DNA from: a virus
Virus record (IMG/VR): IMGVR_UViG_3300032103_000260
Coordinates: 87,224-151,223 of that record
DNA length: 64,000 nucleotides
Strand: one strand, 5' to 3'
Each line of letters starts with the position of its first letter. Positions within the stretch are counted from its first letter, which is position 1. The translations under genes were made by a program, and so were the position numbers. This document shows positions 9,817 through 19,628 of this stretch, in pieces. The notes under the pieces were generated by a model. The model worked only from the letters and a program-made list of their open reading frames with translations, searched no databases and was not told the DNA's origin.

Positions 9817-11472
9817 ATGGGATTTTTAATTGAAAGTGCAGAAGTTGGAAATATTGGTCTTAAGCAGTTAAGAGAGCAAAGAGAGATCACAACCAACAGA
9901 TGGGAAAAAATCGGACTTTTAGAAGGTCTTGAAGGTAACGTAAAAGAAAACTGTGCTCAGTTATTCGAGAATCAGTTGTCATATATGATTAATGAATCTA
10001 CAGATTCAGCATCATCTGGACAATTTGAAACTGTTGCGTTTCCAGTTATCAGACGTGTATTTGCTAAATTATTAGCAAATGACATCGTATCGGTTCAGGC
10101 ATTGAACTTGCCAATCGGTAAATTATATTACATTAATCCTAAGATTTCTGTAAGAACTAATACTAATGCTCATACTTCACCTGATGGTGCATATAGCAAT
10201 GCTGCTACTTTAGCCGCATCTGCAAGAACTCAGTTTGAACAAAGATCATTGTATGATGCATTCTATGCAACAGAATATGGCGATGAAGGTACTTCATTGT
10301 TTGATAGAAGCAAAGGTCGTTTTACTCAGGTTTCAGATGCAGCAACTCCAACTGGTTTTACTGTTGGTGATAGAATTGCTACAATTATTGTAGATGGTTT
10401 CACAACCACTTCACAAGGTAAACTTATCGGCCCTGCTGGTGTTCCTATGGATACCGAATCATTCTTGGCTTCATTGAGAGTAACTTCAAGTGTTGCTTGG
10501 AATGCTCCATCACCATTTGCTGATGCATCAATTGCAATCGGTGAGTCTATTCCTTATAGTGTAAAAGTACAAAAGTACGGACAAGCTATCGTAAATGAGG
10601 CTGGACAATTAGTATTGAATCTTGACTTATCATATGCTGGTCAAGATGGTTATAAAGCATTGACTGCATCATCTGTAGGTACATTTACTGCTACCTATAG
10701 AGTGTATTCTGATCTTGAAGAAGATTCAGAAATGGCAGAAGTTACTTTCGGATTGGACGAAGTTACAGTATCTGTTGAAACTCGTAAAATGAGATCACAA
10801 TGGACTCCTGAACTTGCTCAAGACGTAAGTGCATTCCATAACATTGACGCTGAAGCTGAATTGACAGCATTGTTGTCAGAGCAGATGGCTGCAGAAATTG
10901 ACCGTGAAATCCTTAGAGATTTGCGTAGAGGTGCAGCTTGGAACTTGCGTTGGGATTACAACGGATTGCGTAAGCAAACTAACGTTTATCATGGTACTCA
11001 AAAAGACTGGAATCAGACCTTGATGACCAAGATTAACCAAATCTCTGCTCAAATTCATAAGTCAACTTTAAGAGGTGGTGCTACTTGGGTAGTTGTATCT
11101 CCTGAAGTATCTGCAGTATTGGACGATTTAGAGTACTTCCACGTATCTAACGCTGCTCCAGAGCAAGATAAGTATAACATGGGTATCGAAAAAATTGGTG
11201 TGTTGCAAAACCGTTACCAAGTATATCGTGATCCTTATGCACCAGCAAACACAGTGTTGATTGGTCACAAAGGTTCATCAATCTTGGAAGCCGGCTACAT
11301 CTATGCTCCATACGTACCAATGCAGTTAACTCCTGTAATGTACAATCCATTTGACTTCAAGCCTATTCGTGGTATCATGACTCGTTACGCTAAGAAGATG
11401 ATCTTAAACCGTTACTACGGTAAGATTTTAGTGGATGGTCTTGAGGTATTCGGTATCGGTGACTTAATGTAA
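9817..11472 (+). CDS. Major capsid protein (T4 gp23-like)
   Basis: PVIRRVFAKLLANDIVSVQ, RKMRSQWTPELAQD, HNIDAEAEL, AEIDREIL, YAPYVP, GIMTRYA motifs. Confidence 0.97.
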   Translation: MGFLIESAEVGNIGLKQLREQREITTNRWEKIGLLEGLEGNVKENCAQLFENQLSYMINESTDSASSGQFETVAFPVIRRVFAKLLANDIVSVQALNLPIGKLYYINPKISVRTNTNAHTSPDGAYSNAATLAASARTQFEQRSLYDAFYATEYGDEGTSLFDRSKGRFTQVSDAATPTGFTVGDRIATIIVDGFTTTSQGKLIGPAGVPMDTESFLASLRVTSSVAWNAPSPFADASIAIGESIPYSVKVQKYGQAIVNEAGQLVLNLDLSYAGQDGYKALTASSVGTFTATYRVYSDLEEDSEMAEVTFGLDEVTVSVETRKMRSQWTPELAQDVSAFHNIDAEAELTALLSEQMAAEIDREILRDLRRGAAWNLRWDYNGLRKQTNVYHGTQKDWNQTLMTKINQISAQIHKSTLRGGATWVVVSPEVSAVLDDLEYFHVSNAAPEQDKYNMGIEKIGVLQNRYQVYRDPYAPANTVLIGHKGSSILEAGYIYAPYVPMQLTPVMYNPFDFKPIRGIMTRYAKKMILNRYYGKILVDGLEVFGIGDLM

Positions 11473-11494
11473 TCGATTAGCTTATTAAAATAAT

Positions 11495-11524
11495 AAAGGG
11501 TTGCAGAAATGTAACCCTTTTTTT
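11495..11524 (+). terminator. Intrinsic terminator after the major capsid gene
   Basis: aaagggttgca-gaaa-tgtaacccttt followed by T tract. Confidence 0.85.
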
Positions 11525-11571
11525 AGATTTGTATCTACATAACCATATATAGACCATAACATGACTCAATT

Positions 11572-13074
11572 ATGATAGCTCATCAATATATAATCAGAAA
11601 AAATAAAAGTAAAGAAGAAAAATTAGAATTTGATCATAATAAATTAGATTTAAGTAATACATCAATTAGATTAATAGCTAAATCATTAGCTAAAAAAATA
11701 ATTGTTGAGTATGAATGGTTAAAATCAATGCCATTAATAACCAGATATTGTTTAGGAATTTATTTTAGAATAGATAATGACGAACATTTGGGTGGAGTAT
11801 TAGTATTATCTGACGATTATGCTGATAATACTGGTGTATGGGAAAAATATGGTTTTGATGATAAAATAATTTTATTATCTAGAGGTGTATGTTTATGGTG
11901 GACACCAAAAAACACAGCATCCTATTTCATTTCAAAAGCCTATAAATGGCTAAAAAATAATACTAAATATAGAATTATAACTGCAACAGTAGACCCTGCT
12001 GCTGGTGAAATTGGAACTATTTATCAATCACTAAATTGGTATTATGTTGGTTTAATGTCTGGAAATTATAATGATAATAAAGAAACGAAAAGATTTTCAG
12101 TATTAATTGATGGCAAATTACGTTATTCTAGATCGATCAGAAAGGAATTTGGTACTATGAAAAAGGGTGTTATTTTACAAAAATATCCAAACGCTAAATT
12201 TATTAGTCAATATAGAAAAAGAAGATATTTTTATTTTTTTGATAGTAAATCGAACAATAAAAAATATTATAATAATATCAAACATATTATTCATCCATAC
12301 CCTAAAAGAGATCAACCGCCAATTATTGGTTTTATTTATAAAATAACTAATTTAATAAATAATAAAACGTATATTGGTCAAACAACAAGACCATTTAAGG
12401 ACAGAATTAAAGATTACAAAAGAGGTATATGTAATTCATATTTATTAAGTGCATTTAATAAATATGGATTTGCAAATTTTGAATTTAAAATAATTGATAG
12501 AGCATCAACTATTAATGAATTAAATAATAAAGAAATTTATTGGATAAATTACTATGATTCAACTAATAAAAATATTGGCTATAATATTGAATTAGGTGGT
12601 AATAATTCAATACCTACAAATGATACATTAATTAAAATGTCTAAATCACACATAGGAATTAAACAAACACATAATTGGATAAATAAAAGAATAGCCAAAT
12701 CAGGTAGTGATGATGCAAAAAAATATGGTAAACAAAAAACTGAAGAAGAAAAAAGACTTTTATCTAAAAACTCACCTAAATTTTGGTTAGGTAAACAGAG
12801 AGACAATCAAACTAAAGAAAGGATACGAAAAACTAAATTAGAAAAGGGATTTTCAGATAAACAAAAGGAAATAATATGTAAAAAAGTTATTGCTTTTAAT
12901 CCAATCAATAATGACATTATTAATAAATTTGATTCAACGATAGAGGCTGCTAAATTCTATTCACTATCACAATCAACAATTAGTAGAAGATGTTCAGGTA
13001 AATATAGTAATTCCGGTAATATATTTTTCAAATATGAAAAACCTACAAAAGCTAATAAAAGTCATTCAAAATAA
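11572..13074 (+). CDS. Mom-like GNAT DNA-modification domain fused to a GIY-YIG homing endonuclease with NUMOD3/NUMOD1 modules
   Basis: N-terminal LSRGVC...PKNTASYFIS...ATVDPAAGEIGTIYQSLNWYYVG...KRRYFYF...YPK; then FIYKITNLINNKTYIGQT...GYNI; C-terminal FDSTIEAAKFY...ISRRC. Confidence 0.8.
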   Translation: MIAHQYIIRKNKSKEEKLEFDHNKLDLSNTSIRLIAKSLAKKIIVEYEWLKSMPLITRYCLGIYFRIDNDEHLGGVLVLSDDYADNTGVWEKYGFDDKIILLSRGVCLWWTPKNTASYFISKAYKWLKNNTKYRIITATVDPAAGEIGTIYQSLNWYYVGLMSGNYNDNKETKRFSVLIDGKLRYSRSIRKEFGTMKKGVILQKYPNAKFISQYRKRRYFYFFDSKSNNKKYYNNIKHIIHPYPKRDQPPIIGFIYKITNLINNKTYIGQTTRPFKDRIKDYKRGICNSYLLSAFNKYGFANFEFKIIDRASTINELNNKEIYWINYYDSTNKNIGYNIELGGNNSIPTNDTLIKMSKSHIGIKQTHNWINKRIAKSGSDDAKKYGKQKTEEEKRLLSKNSPKFWLGKQRDNQTKERIRKTKLEKGFSDKQKEIICKKVIAFNPINNDIINKFDSTIEAAKFYSLSQSTISRRCSGKYSNSGNIFFKYEKPTKANKSHSK

Positions 13075-13398
13075 CTTATATGATGACCTTCTAAAACCCC
13101 AATTCAGGGGTAAGTCAGAAAATCGATTTTACTAACATTGTTACGTAGCTACTGAATGCCTATATCATCTACTCCCCAAGAGATAAAGTCTTCCTATAAG
13201 CCAAATACGTTAAAAATTAATGGCATTACACACTGGTTCTTGAAGAACAAAGAAACTGGAAAAATAATAGATATCACCAGAAAACAATTTACTCATAAGA
13301 TTGAGTATTCTAACTCAAGAGGTTGTGGTTTCTTAGTTAAGAAACCTAGTAAAAGAACAAGAATACTTATATGTAGAGTATTATACATTAATAAATAG
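13034..13398 (+). pseudogene. Degraded YunG/transglutaminase-like gene (one nonsense lesion and one frameshift)
   Basis: MKNLQKLIKVIQNNLYDDLLKPQF...FY*(TAA 13133)HCYVATECLYHLLP, then a frameshift into the ORF-track frame ...THWFLKNKETGKIIDITRKQF (Cys/His/Asp triad pattern). Confidence 0.6.
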
Positions 13399-13428
13399 TA
13401 TTTATTAATGAGATTATTAATATAACTA

Positions 13429-13785
13429 ATGAATAGAAATAATAGTGGTTTTAGTTTTGGTTCTATAATGATATGGTTCGGGCTTTTCTTTTTAGTGACC
13501 TTGCCATTAATGTTAATAGTGGTTAATCATGATCATATCGATGTAAGTATAAAAACTGGAGATAACACAGTTAAAGAATTACAAATTGAAAGAGAAGATT
13601 TGCTTAGAGGTCGTGAAGTAGAAAAGGATAGTATATTTAAACTACATAAAATTTTAAACAAAAAAGATAGTACAATAGTAATACTAGAATATAAACTAAA
13701 AAAACAAAATAAAAAAAATGATTCACTTAATAGTATGATAAAAACTATGCAAATGACTGGAAGTTTAAAAAAATTTATTAAATAA
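13429..13785 (+). CDS. Membrane-anchored coiled-coil protein (inner-membrane spanin-like candidate)
   Basis: N-terminal TM segment, coiled-coil remainder, late-type motif at 13398. Confidence 0.4.
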   Translation: MNRNNSGFSFGSIMIWFGLFFLVTLPLMLIVVNHDHIDVSIKTGDNTVKELQIEREDLLRGREVEKDSIFKLHKILNKKDSTIVILEYKLKKQNKKNDSLNSMIKTMQMTGSLKKFIK

Positions 13786-13925
13786 TTAAATGAAGATTAT
13801 TGATAAAACTTGGAAGGCAAGTAAGAGATGTCTTTTAAATGCCAACTTTCTAAAGAAAAATGTTATAACATCAACAAAAAAAAATAATAATCATTGGTTA
13901 CAAAACATAATAAAAACAGAGTAAT

Positions 13926-14438
13926 TTATTCACTAATCTCTATTTCAGTTTCAGATATACCTTTAATCTGATCATTAATTTGTTTATCCCATTCATTAAT
14001 TGTATCAGCAAACTTATATAAGTTGCTTTGTATTTCTAATCTTTCAATATAATTATTATATACTGTATATATTAAATTAGGAATATCTAATCGATCAATA
14101 GTTACTACAACTACTTTATTAGGAAAAATATCTTCAAATGAGATATTTTCAATATCACCTATATCAATCAATTTTGATTCTTTAATAGGATCAGGTAATA
14201 AAAGATATGATTCCATATATAATTTATTCCAAAAAAAATTTTTCTTTTTTTCAACAATAAATTGTAATAAAATAAATTGTTCACCTCTTTTTTTTATTAC
14301 TTTTATTCTTTCGTCTTTTATACCGTTAATAAAAAAATTTCTTATCATTTTAGAATTAGAATTTAAGATTTCATTTATTTTTAATTGTTCTGTACTAATC
14401 TTCATCACCATTATCTTCGTTAGTCCATTCATAATCAT
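13926..14438 (-). CDS. Hypothetical protein
   Basis: ORF co-oriented with the helicase gene; true start probably further downstream. Confidence 0.5.
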   Translation of the reverse strand: MIMNGLTKIMVMKISTEQLKINEILNSNSKMIRNFFINGIKDERIKVIKKRGEQFILLQFIVEKKKNFFWNKLYMESYLLLPDPIKESKLIDIGDIENISFEDIFPNKVVVVTIDRLDIPNLIYTVYNNYIERLEIQSNLYKFADTINEWDKQINDQIKGISETEIEISE

Positions 14439-15987
14439 ATATTAATTCATTTTTTGCACGTGTCATGGCAACATATATAAGATTTTTTTCTTGTTCTGCC
14501 ATCCATGCTTTTGCAACTCTCATTGGTAATTGGTCTGGTCTTATAATAAAGACTCTTTCAGATTCCAATCCTTTTGCCTTATGAATAGTACTTAAAACAA
14601 TACCACTAATATTGTCGGTAAAAACTGATTCAATTTTTTTTCTTAATTGATCAATATTTTCAACTTGTTTTGCCATAAATTTCAATACTTCCACCTTATC
14701 ATGTAGATTAGAATATGCGCCATACTCATGAAATTTAGTTACACCTTTCTTTCTAAGAACAGATTGCATTTGCATTAGCTCATTATATAATCCAGCACTC
14801 ATTGTTGATAAACTTTTATATTTTTTTATCATGTCTAATAATGATATACCAATATCACTACCTTTTATTGTAACTTTTTTACCTTCAGCAAGAAGTTCAA
14901 AAAATAAAACAACTAATGGTGCGGTTGTTCTGCATAAAATAAAATCACCATCTTGAGCATCATATATACTACCCTTTGTGACTATACCATCAGGTGCATT
15001 TTCTCTTGGCATAATATCTGGAACCAATTGTTGGGCATGTTCCACAATTTTTTTAGCACAACGAAATGTAGTTGTTAATGGTAACACTTTAGGTTCATTA
15101 AATTTTCTAAACCATGCAAATGATTTATGGTCTGATCCAGCAAACGAATAAATACTTTGTTTTTCATCGCCAACAACAATTGTTCTACCAACAAACTTAT
15201 TAAACATATCTCGCTTAACAAGTCTTCTAATTAACTCTTGTTGCGCTCTAGACATATCTTGAGCTTCATCAACAAAAATATAATCAAATTGTTGAACCCA
15301 AATAGATTTATCTACTGCAGGTAAAAATATCATGTCAACAAAATCAAATGTTGTTCTATCTTCCATTGCAGCATCTAATACAGATAATACTCTATTAATA
15401 TCTGTGGTATCAGAATAAACAATATCATACTTTTCAGCAATATATTCAACATATTTTTTGTCAAATGTCATTGTTAATCTACAAAGATCAACCATTTTAC
15501 GAATACTAGATTTATAATCTGGAATTTGATCAACCGTAAAATCTTTTTCAAGACCCCATGTTCTTGATTTTTTATCAATAATTTTACTTATTTTAAATTC
15601 ATCCATGTTTATTTTATCTCCATACTTTCTTTTTAATGCCATCATACCTAAACCGTGTGAAGTATAGCATTTAACATCTTCAGGCAATTTTTGAGTTAAT
15701 TCTTCTTTGATATGTCTATTGAATGCAAGGAATATTTTGGTTTTATCTTTAGGTAATAATTTAGCTACATGAATTATAGTTGTAGTTTTAGATGCACCTG
15801 CTCTTGCCTCAATAAGTAAATTATCCTTTGTATTAACTGCAGCTTCAAAAATTATTTCTTGTTCTTTTGTTGCAGGATAAGGAAAAACAGGTAATTCTTC
15901 TGGTACTACGTCTTCTTTAGTTTCTACAAATTTTTTCATTTTATTACTTTTACGCTTCATTCTTTGAACTTTCTTCATCTTTTTCAA
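14395..15987 (-). CDS. SF1 UvrD/Rep-like helicase (start probably 15939)
   Basis: ARAGASKTT Walker A variant, AFN, VDEAQD, VGDEKQSIYSF, TFRC, STIHKAKGLE, YVAMTRA. Confidence 0.92.
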   Translation of the reverse strand: MKKMKKVQRMKRKSNKMKKFVETKEDVVPEELPVFPYPATKEQEIIFEAAVNTKDNLLIEARAGASKTTTIIHVAKLLPKDKTKIFLAFNRHIKEELTQKLPEDVKCYTSHGLGMMALKRKYGDKINMDEFKISKIIDKKSRTWGLEKDFTVDQIPDYKSSIRKMVDLCRLTMTFDKKYVEYIAEKYDIVYSDTTDINRVLSVLDAAMEDRTTFDFVDMIFLPAVDKSIWVQQFDYIFVDEAQDMSRAQQELIRRLVKRDMFNKFVGRTIVVGDEKQSIYSFAGSDHKSFAWFRKFNEPKVLPLTTTFRCAKKIVEHAQQLVPDIMPRENAPDGIVTKGSIYDAQDGDFILCRTTAPLVVLFFELLAEGKKVTIKGSDIGISLLDMIKKYKSLSTMSAGLYNELMQMQSVLRKKGVTKFHEYGAYSNLHDKVEVLKFMAKQVENIDQLRKKIESVFTDNISGIVLSTIHKAKGLESERVFIIRPDQLPMRVAKAWMAEQEKNLIYVAMTRAKNELIYDYEWTNEDNGDED

Positions 15988-16474
15988 TACTGTTTAACGG
16001 AATCCATTTAGGCCGATCTAAATTACTCCAATCTAGTTGATAGATAATCATTTCTTCAATTACCAATACCTTAAGATTGTTTTTTCTTATATAAATCCTA
16101 TTATTAAATAGGAATCCTTTTAAAAGATTTTTCAATTCAAATTTTTTATTTACAGTAATATCAAACCTAATATCATTAAATATCTTGCTTAATGATATTT
16201 TATTAATAATTGATGATTTAATAATTATTGCCATATCATCACTAATATTGCTTATTGATATTGCAGTATTATGAAGAATATTTTCTGCTTGTTCGGATAT
16301 TTTAAGATGGTATGGCTTTTCCATATTTCTATCCACAATATCAAAAAATATGTATCTTGACATCTCTAATACAAAAAATCTGTGTTCAGGAATATCCTGA
16401 AAATTATCCAAAAGATGAATATATGGTCTACCGTCATCATTTATTCGTATGTCATATTCAATTTTAAATGCCAT
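15950..16474 (-). CDS. Hypothetical protein
   Basis: 174-aa ORF leading the helicase operon. Confidence 0.55.
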   Translation of the reverse strand: MAFKIEYDIRINDDGRPYIHLLDNFQDIPEHRFFVLEMSRYIFFDIVDRNMEKPYHLKISEQAENILHNTAISISNISDDMAIIIKSSIINKISLSKIFNDIRFDITVNKKFELKNLLKGFLFNNRIYIRKNNLKVLVIEEMIIYQLDWSNLDRPKWIPLNSIEKDEESSKNEA

Positions 16475-16509
16475 TTTAAAGTATTTATATAAAATTCAAA
16501 TATAATAAA

Positions 16510-17628
16510 ATGGCATTAATAAGTAAAGCGGATAAAGATAAACTTTATTTAAAAATAAAACACGAATTGGGGTATCCAATTAGACCTATTCAGGTGACAG
16601 ATGATATGTTAGACTCATTTTTTGAGCTATCGGTTGAGGATTACAGTAGCTATGTAAATGAATGGCTGATACAACAGCAATGGGTGTCATTACAAGGTTT
16701 AGACCTCAATAGTGCTGATTTTTTAACTGCATATAGCACAAAATCTAATGATTTTATGAAAAGTTTTACCTTTGCATACTCAAAACAAGTAGGTTTAGGT
16801 GCTAATGCACCTGCTGGAGATAAATGGGAGTTAAAAAGGGATTATATAACTATTTCAGCAAACACGCAAATATATTTAATTCCTGCAAATAGAGAAATTA
16901 ATGAGGTTTTATGGGATACACCGCCAGCTATTGGTTTAGGACTAAATGATCCATTTGCCCTTACAAATTGGACTGCAGGGCAATTTGGTTGGTCATATAT
17001 GGGTAGACCAGCAATGTATGTTCAGCCAACATATTCAACACTTTTAGCTGCACAAGATAGAAGAATGAAACAAAGAATTTTACAATCAACCCTGACCTAT
17101 AGAATAACTGGTCAGGCAGATGGCACTAAATTGTTACATTTGTATCCTATTCCCGGTGAACGTAATGAAATTGCTGGTCGTTGGGGTAAGCACTATGAAG
17201 GTAGAAGAGTATGGTATTTTTATTATGATACAAAAGATTCTGAAAGAGATAAGTGTTTAGAAGAAAATGATGATACAATAAAATTACCAAGTGATGCTCC
17301 TACTAAAATCATGAGATGGGATAATTTAAATGATGTCGCAAAACAACAAGTTCGTGATCTTTTTATTGCCAGAACTAAAATGGTTATTGGTGGTATTCGT
17401 GGTTTCTTTTCTGGTGAAATCGGTAGTACTGATAAAGGATTAACTATGGATTACAGACATTTATTAGATGAAGGTGATAAACTTAAAACTGAAACACGTG
17501 AAAAGATTTTTGATACCTTAAATAAGTTGTCGTTAGTACAAATGACCGCAGATAGAGCATCGATTGCTGAAAATGTTAATAAAGAAAGAGGTTATCAACC
17601 ACCACGTACTCCAATCATGACAATATAA
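16510..17628 (+). CDS. Neck/head-completion protein (gp13-like)
   Basis: LGYPIRPIQVTDD N-terminus; late-type motif upstream; upstream of a gp14-like gene. Confidence 0.7.
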   Translation: MALISKADKDKLYLKIKHELGYPIRPIQVTDDMLDSFFELSVEDYSSYVNEWLIQQQWVSLQGLDLNSADFLTAYSTKSNDFMKSFTFAYSKQVGLGANAPAGDKWELKRDYITISANTQIYLIPANREINEVLWDTPPAIGLGLNDPFALTNWTAGQFGWSYMGRPAMYVQPTYSTLLAAQDRRMKQRILQSTLTYRITGQADGTKLLHLYPIPGERNEIAGRWGKHYEGRRVWYFYYDTKDSERDKCLEENDDTIKLPSDAPTKIMRWDNLNDVAKQQVRDLFIARTKMVIGGIRGFFSGEIGSTDKGLTMDYRHLLDEGDKLKTETREKIFDTLNKLSLVQMTADRASIAENVNKERGYQPPRTPIMTI

Positions 17629-17631
17629 TAT

Positions 17632-18161
17632 ATGAAAAAAAATTCAAAACAGTTGCTTTTTGAAAAAATGGCTTTAGTTAATAAAAATTTTAAAAAACCT
17701 AAATTCATAATACCAGTTGGTATATCAGGTAGTGGAAAATCAACATGGATTAATGATAATAGAAAATCAAATACTGTTGTTATATCGCCAGATGAAATCA
17801 GAAGAGAATTAACTGGAAATATTTCAGATCAAAGTAAAAATAACGATGTTTTTGTATTAGCATTTAAAAAAGCTATTGATGCGTTAAATAATGGTAATGA
17901 TGTAATTTTTGATGCAACAAATGTAACATCATTTCATAGAAAAAAATGTTAAATGATATAAAACAACAAGTTACCAGAGATTTTGATACATATGCAAAAG
18001 TATTTAATGTTGATCCTGAAATAACAAAAAGTAGAATAAAAAAAGATATTGAATCGGGTATTGATAGATCAAATGTACCTGATCATGCTGTTGATAGACA
18101 GTATAAAAATTTTGTGAGTGATATTGATAAATTAGAATCTGATGGGTACACAATAATATGA
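17632..18161 (+). CDS. P-loop polynucleotide kinase-like protein (AAA_33) split into two ORFs by a -1 shift at an A7 run
   Basis: GISGSGKST, ISPDEIR, VIFDATN in 17632-17952; R...RSNVPDHAVDRQ lid in 17946-18161; A AAA AAA at 17940-17946. Confidence 0.8.
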
Positions 18162-18700
18162 ATAAGAAAAAAAACAATGTTATAAATTTAGAACATGAAC
18201 GTTATGGGCTATTTATGAATGAAAATAGTTTTAATCTTGATGTTAGCATTGGTAGAGAATACCTAAAAACAGATGTTAACTATAAGGTTAAAATTCATAA
18301 GATAAATGTTATTGAATCTAAGGCTCATAAGTTATATGGTCAAGCAAAACCATCTGATAAAAAATTCTTTCCACCTGTTGAGTTAAATGCTTTAGTTGAA
18401 ATTGGTGATTCAGAACAAAAGAATTATACTGATGGTGGTGCTGTTAGAGATGATATTACATCTATTGTTGTAAAAGTATATTTAGAAGAATTAAATGAAA
18501 AAAAAATTGAAGTTCTTAGAGGTGATATTATAGAATATAATATGTCTGGAGAAAGATCAAGATTTTTTGAAGTTGAAAATGCTCAAAATGTTACTGATGT
18601 AACTTCACAAACAATAGCCAACTTTAAACCTTACTGGAAGCGTATTACTGCAATTCCTGTCAAGGAAGACGTTTTACCATTTCTTAACGAAACAAAATAA
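18158..18700 (+). CDS. Neck/head-closure protein (gp14-like)
   Basis: LYG...KF...PVEL...RGDIIEY...FFEV pattern; context. Confidence 0.6.
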   Translation: MNKKKNNVINLEHERYGLFMNENSFNLDVSIGREYLKTDVNYKVKIHKINVIESKAHKLYGQAKPSDKKFFPPVELNALVEIGDSEQKNYTDGGAVRDDITSIVVKVYLEELNEKKIEVLRGDIIEYNMSGERSRFFEVENAQNVTDVTSQTIANFKPYWKRITAIPVKEDVLPFLNETK

Positions 18701-18856
18701 TTTATATTACTTCTTTTTTGATTTTTTCAAAGTACCTTTCTTTTCGTGTACCAGTTGCTTTTTTAGCATTTTTTTACCCTCTGAGTCGAATCCTATTGAA
18801 AGGAATTGTAAATCTGATTCTGTGAACATTTGTAGTAATCCTAATTTTTTGTTTTA

Positions 18857-19627
18857 TTATACTGATTCAACTGGAATATCCATTAATGAATTCAATGTGC
18901 CATTAATGTATGCATAAAATTCTTGGAATTCACTTTTGACGAATTTCTTATATAGGACATCAATATTAAATTCACGAATTTCATCATCACTAAACTTACT
19001 ATTCATTAATTCATATACTTTATTCGTTTCACCAAAAGATGAAATTATACCTGAACCATAAATAAGCATTGTATTTCTTTCATCTCTTAATAAACCAAAT
19101 TCGATTGTATACCAATACAATCTACTCATTTTGTATTGTCTTTCTTTATCATTAGAATTAAATATTGCTTCAGCATGTGTTCCTAATCTTACTAAAAAAT
19201 TACAATATGATTTGTTAACTAAGAAAGGTACATGACCAAATAAGTCATGAAACATATCTGGTTGTTCAATATAATCTAATTGTTCCTTTTTTCTTAACCA
19301 AGTTGTTACTGGAAATCGTCTATTCTTTATCATGGTAAAAAATACATCATCATCAACAATACCCTTAACTGGTACAATTTTAAAACCTGTTTCTTCAGCT
19401 AATATTTTATTAATGTCATTGAATTTTGGTATATTACCATTACCAATTTTCAATTTTAAAAGTCCTTCATAAAACTCAGTAACTGTAGCATCTTTATACA
19501 TAAAATAAATATATAATTTTGAAAATAATGCACTCCAAACTAAATGATCTTCTTTAGTGTATGCATCATAATCTTGTGTAGTTATTACATCTTCAAGTTT
19601 AAAGGGTGATAATTTTTTTTCGTCCAT
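18857..19627 (-). CDS. phhA: Phenylalanine-4-hydroxylase (pterin-dependent aromatic amino acid hydroxylase)
   Basis: PDMFHDLFGHVP Fe ligands, LYWYTIEFGL, YGSGIISSFGE. Confidence 0.93.
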   Translation of the reverse strand: MDEKKLSPFKLEDVITTQDYDAYTKEDHLVWSALFSKLYIYFMYKDATVTEFYEGLLKLKIGNGNIPKFNDINKILAEETGFKIVPVKGIVDDDVFFTMIKNRRFPVTTWLRKKEQLDYIEQPDMFHDLFGHVPFLVNKSYCNFLVRLGTHAEAIFNSNDKERQYKMSRLYWYTIEFGLLRDERNTMLIYGSGIISSFGETNKVYELMNSKFSDDEIREFNIDVLYKKFVKSEFQEFYAYINGTLNSLMDIPVESV

Positions 19628-19628
19628 A

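Noticed and set aside
13790-13924. 44-aa ORF after the spanin-like gene as an outer-membrane spanin
   Set aside because: No signal peptide or lipobox
18707-18829. 40-aa minus-strand ORF MFTESDLQFL...KKSKKK downstream of phhA
   Set aside because: Too short with no recognisable motif; may be a remnant but cannot be supported
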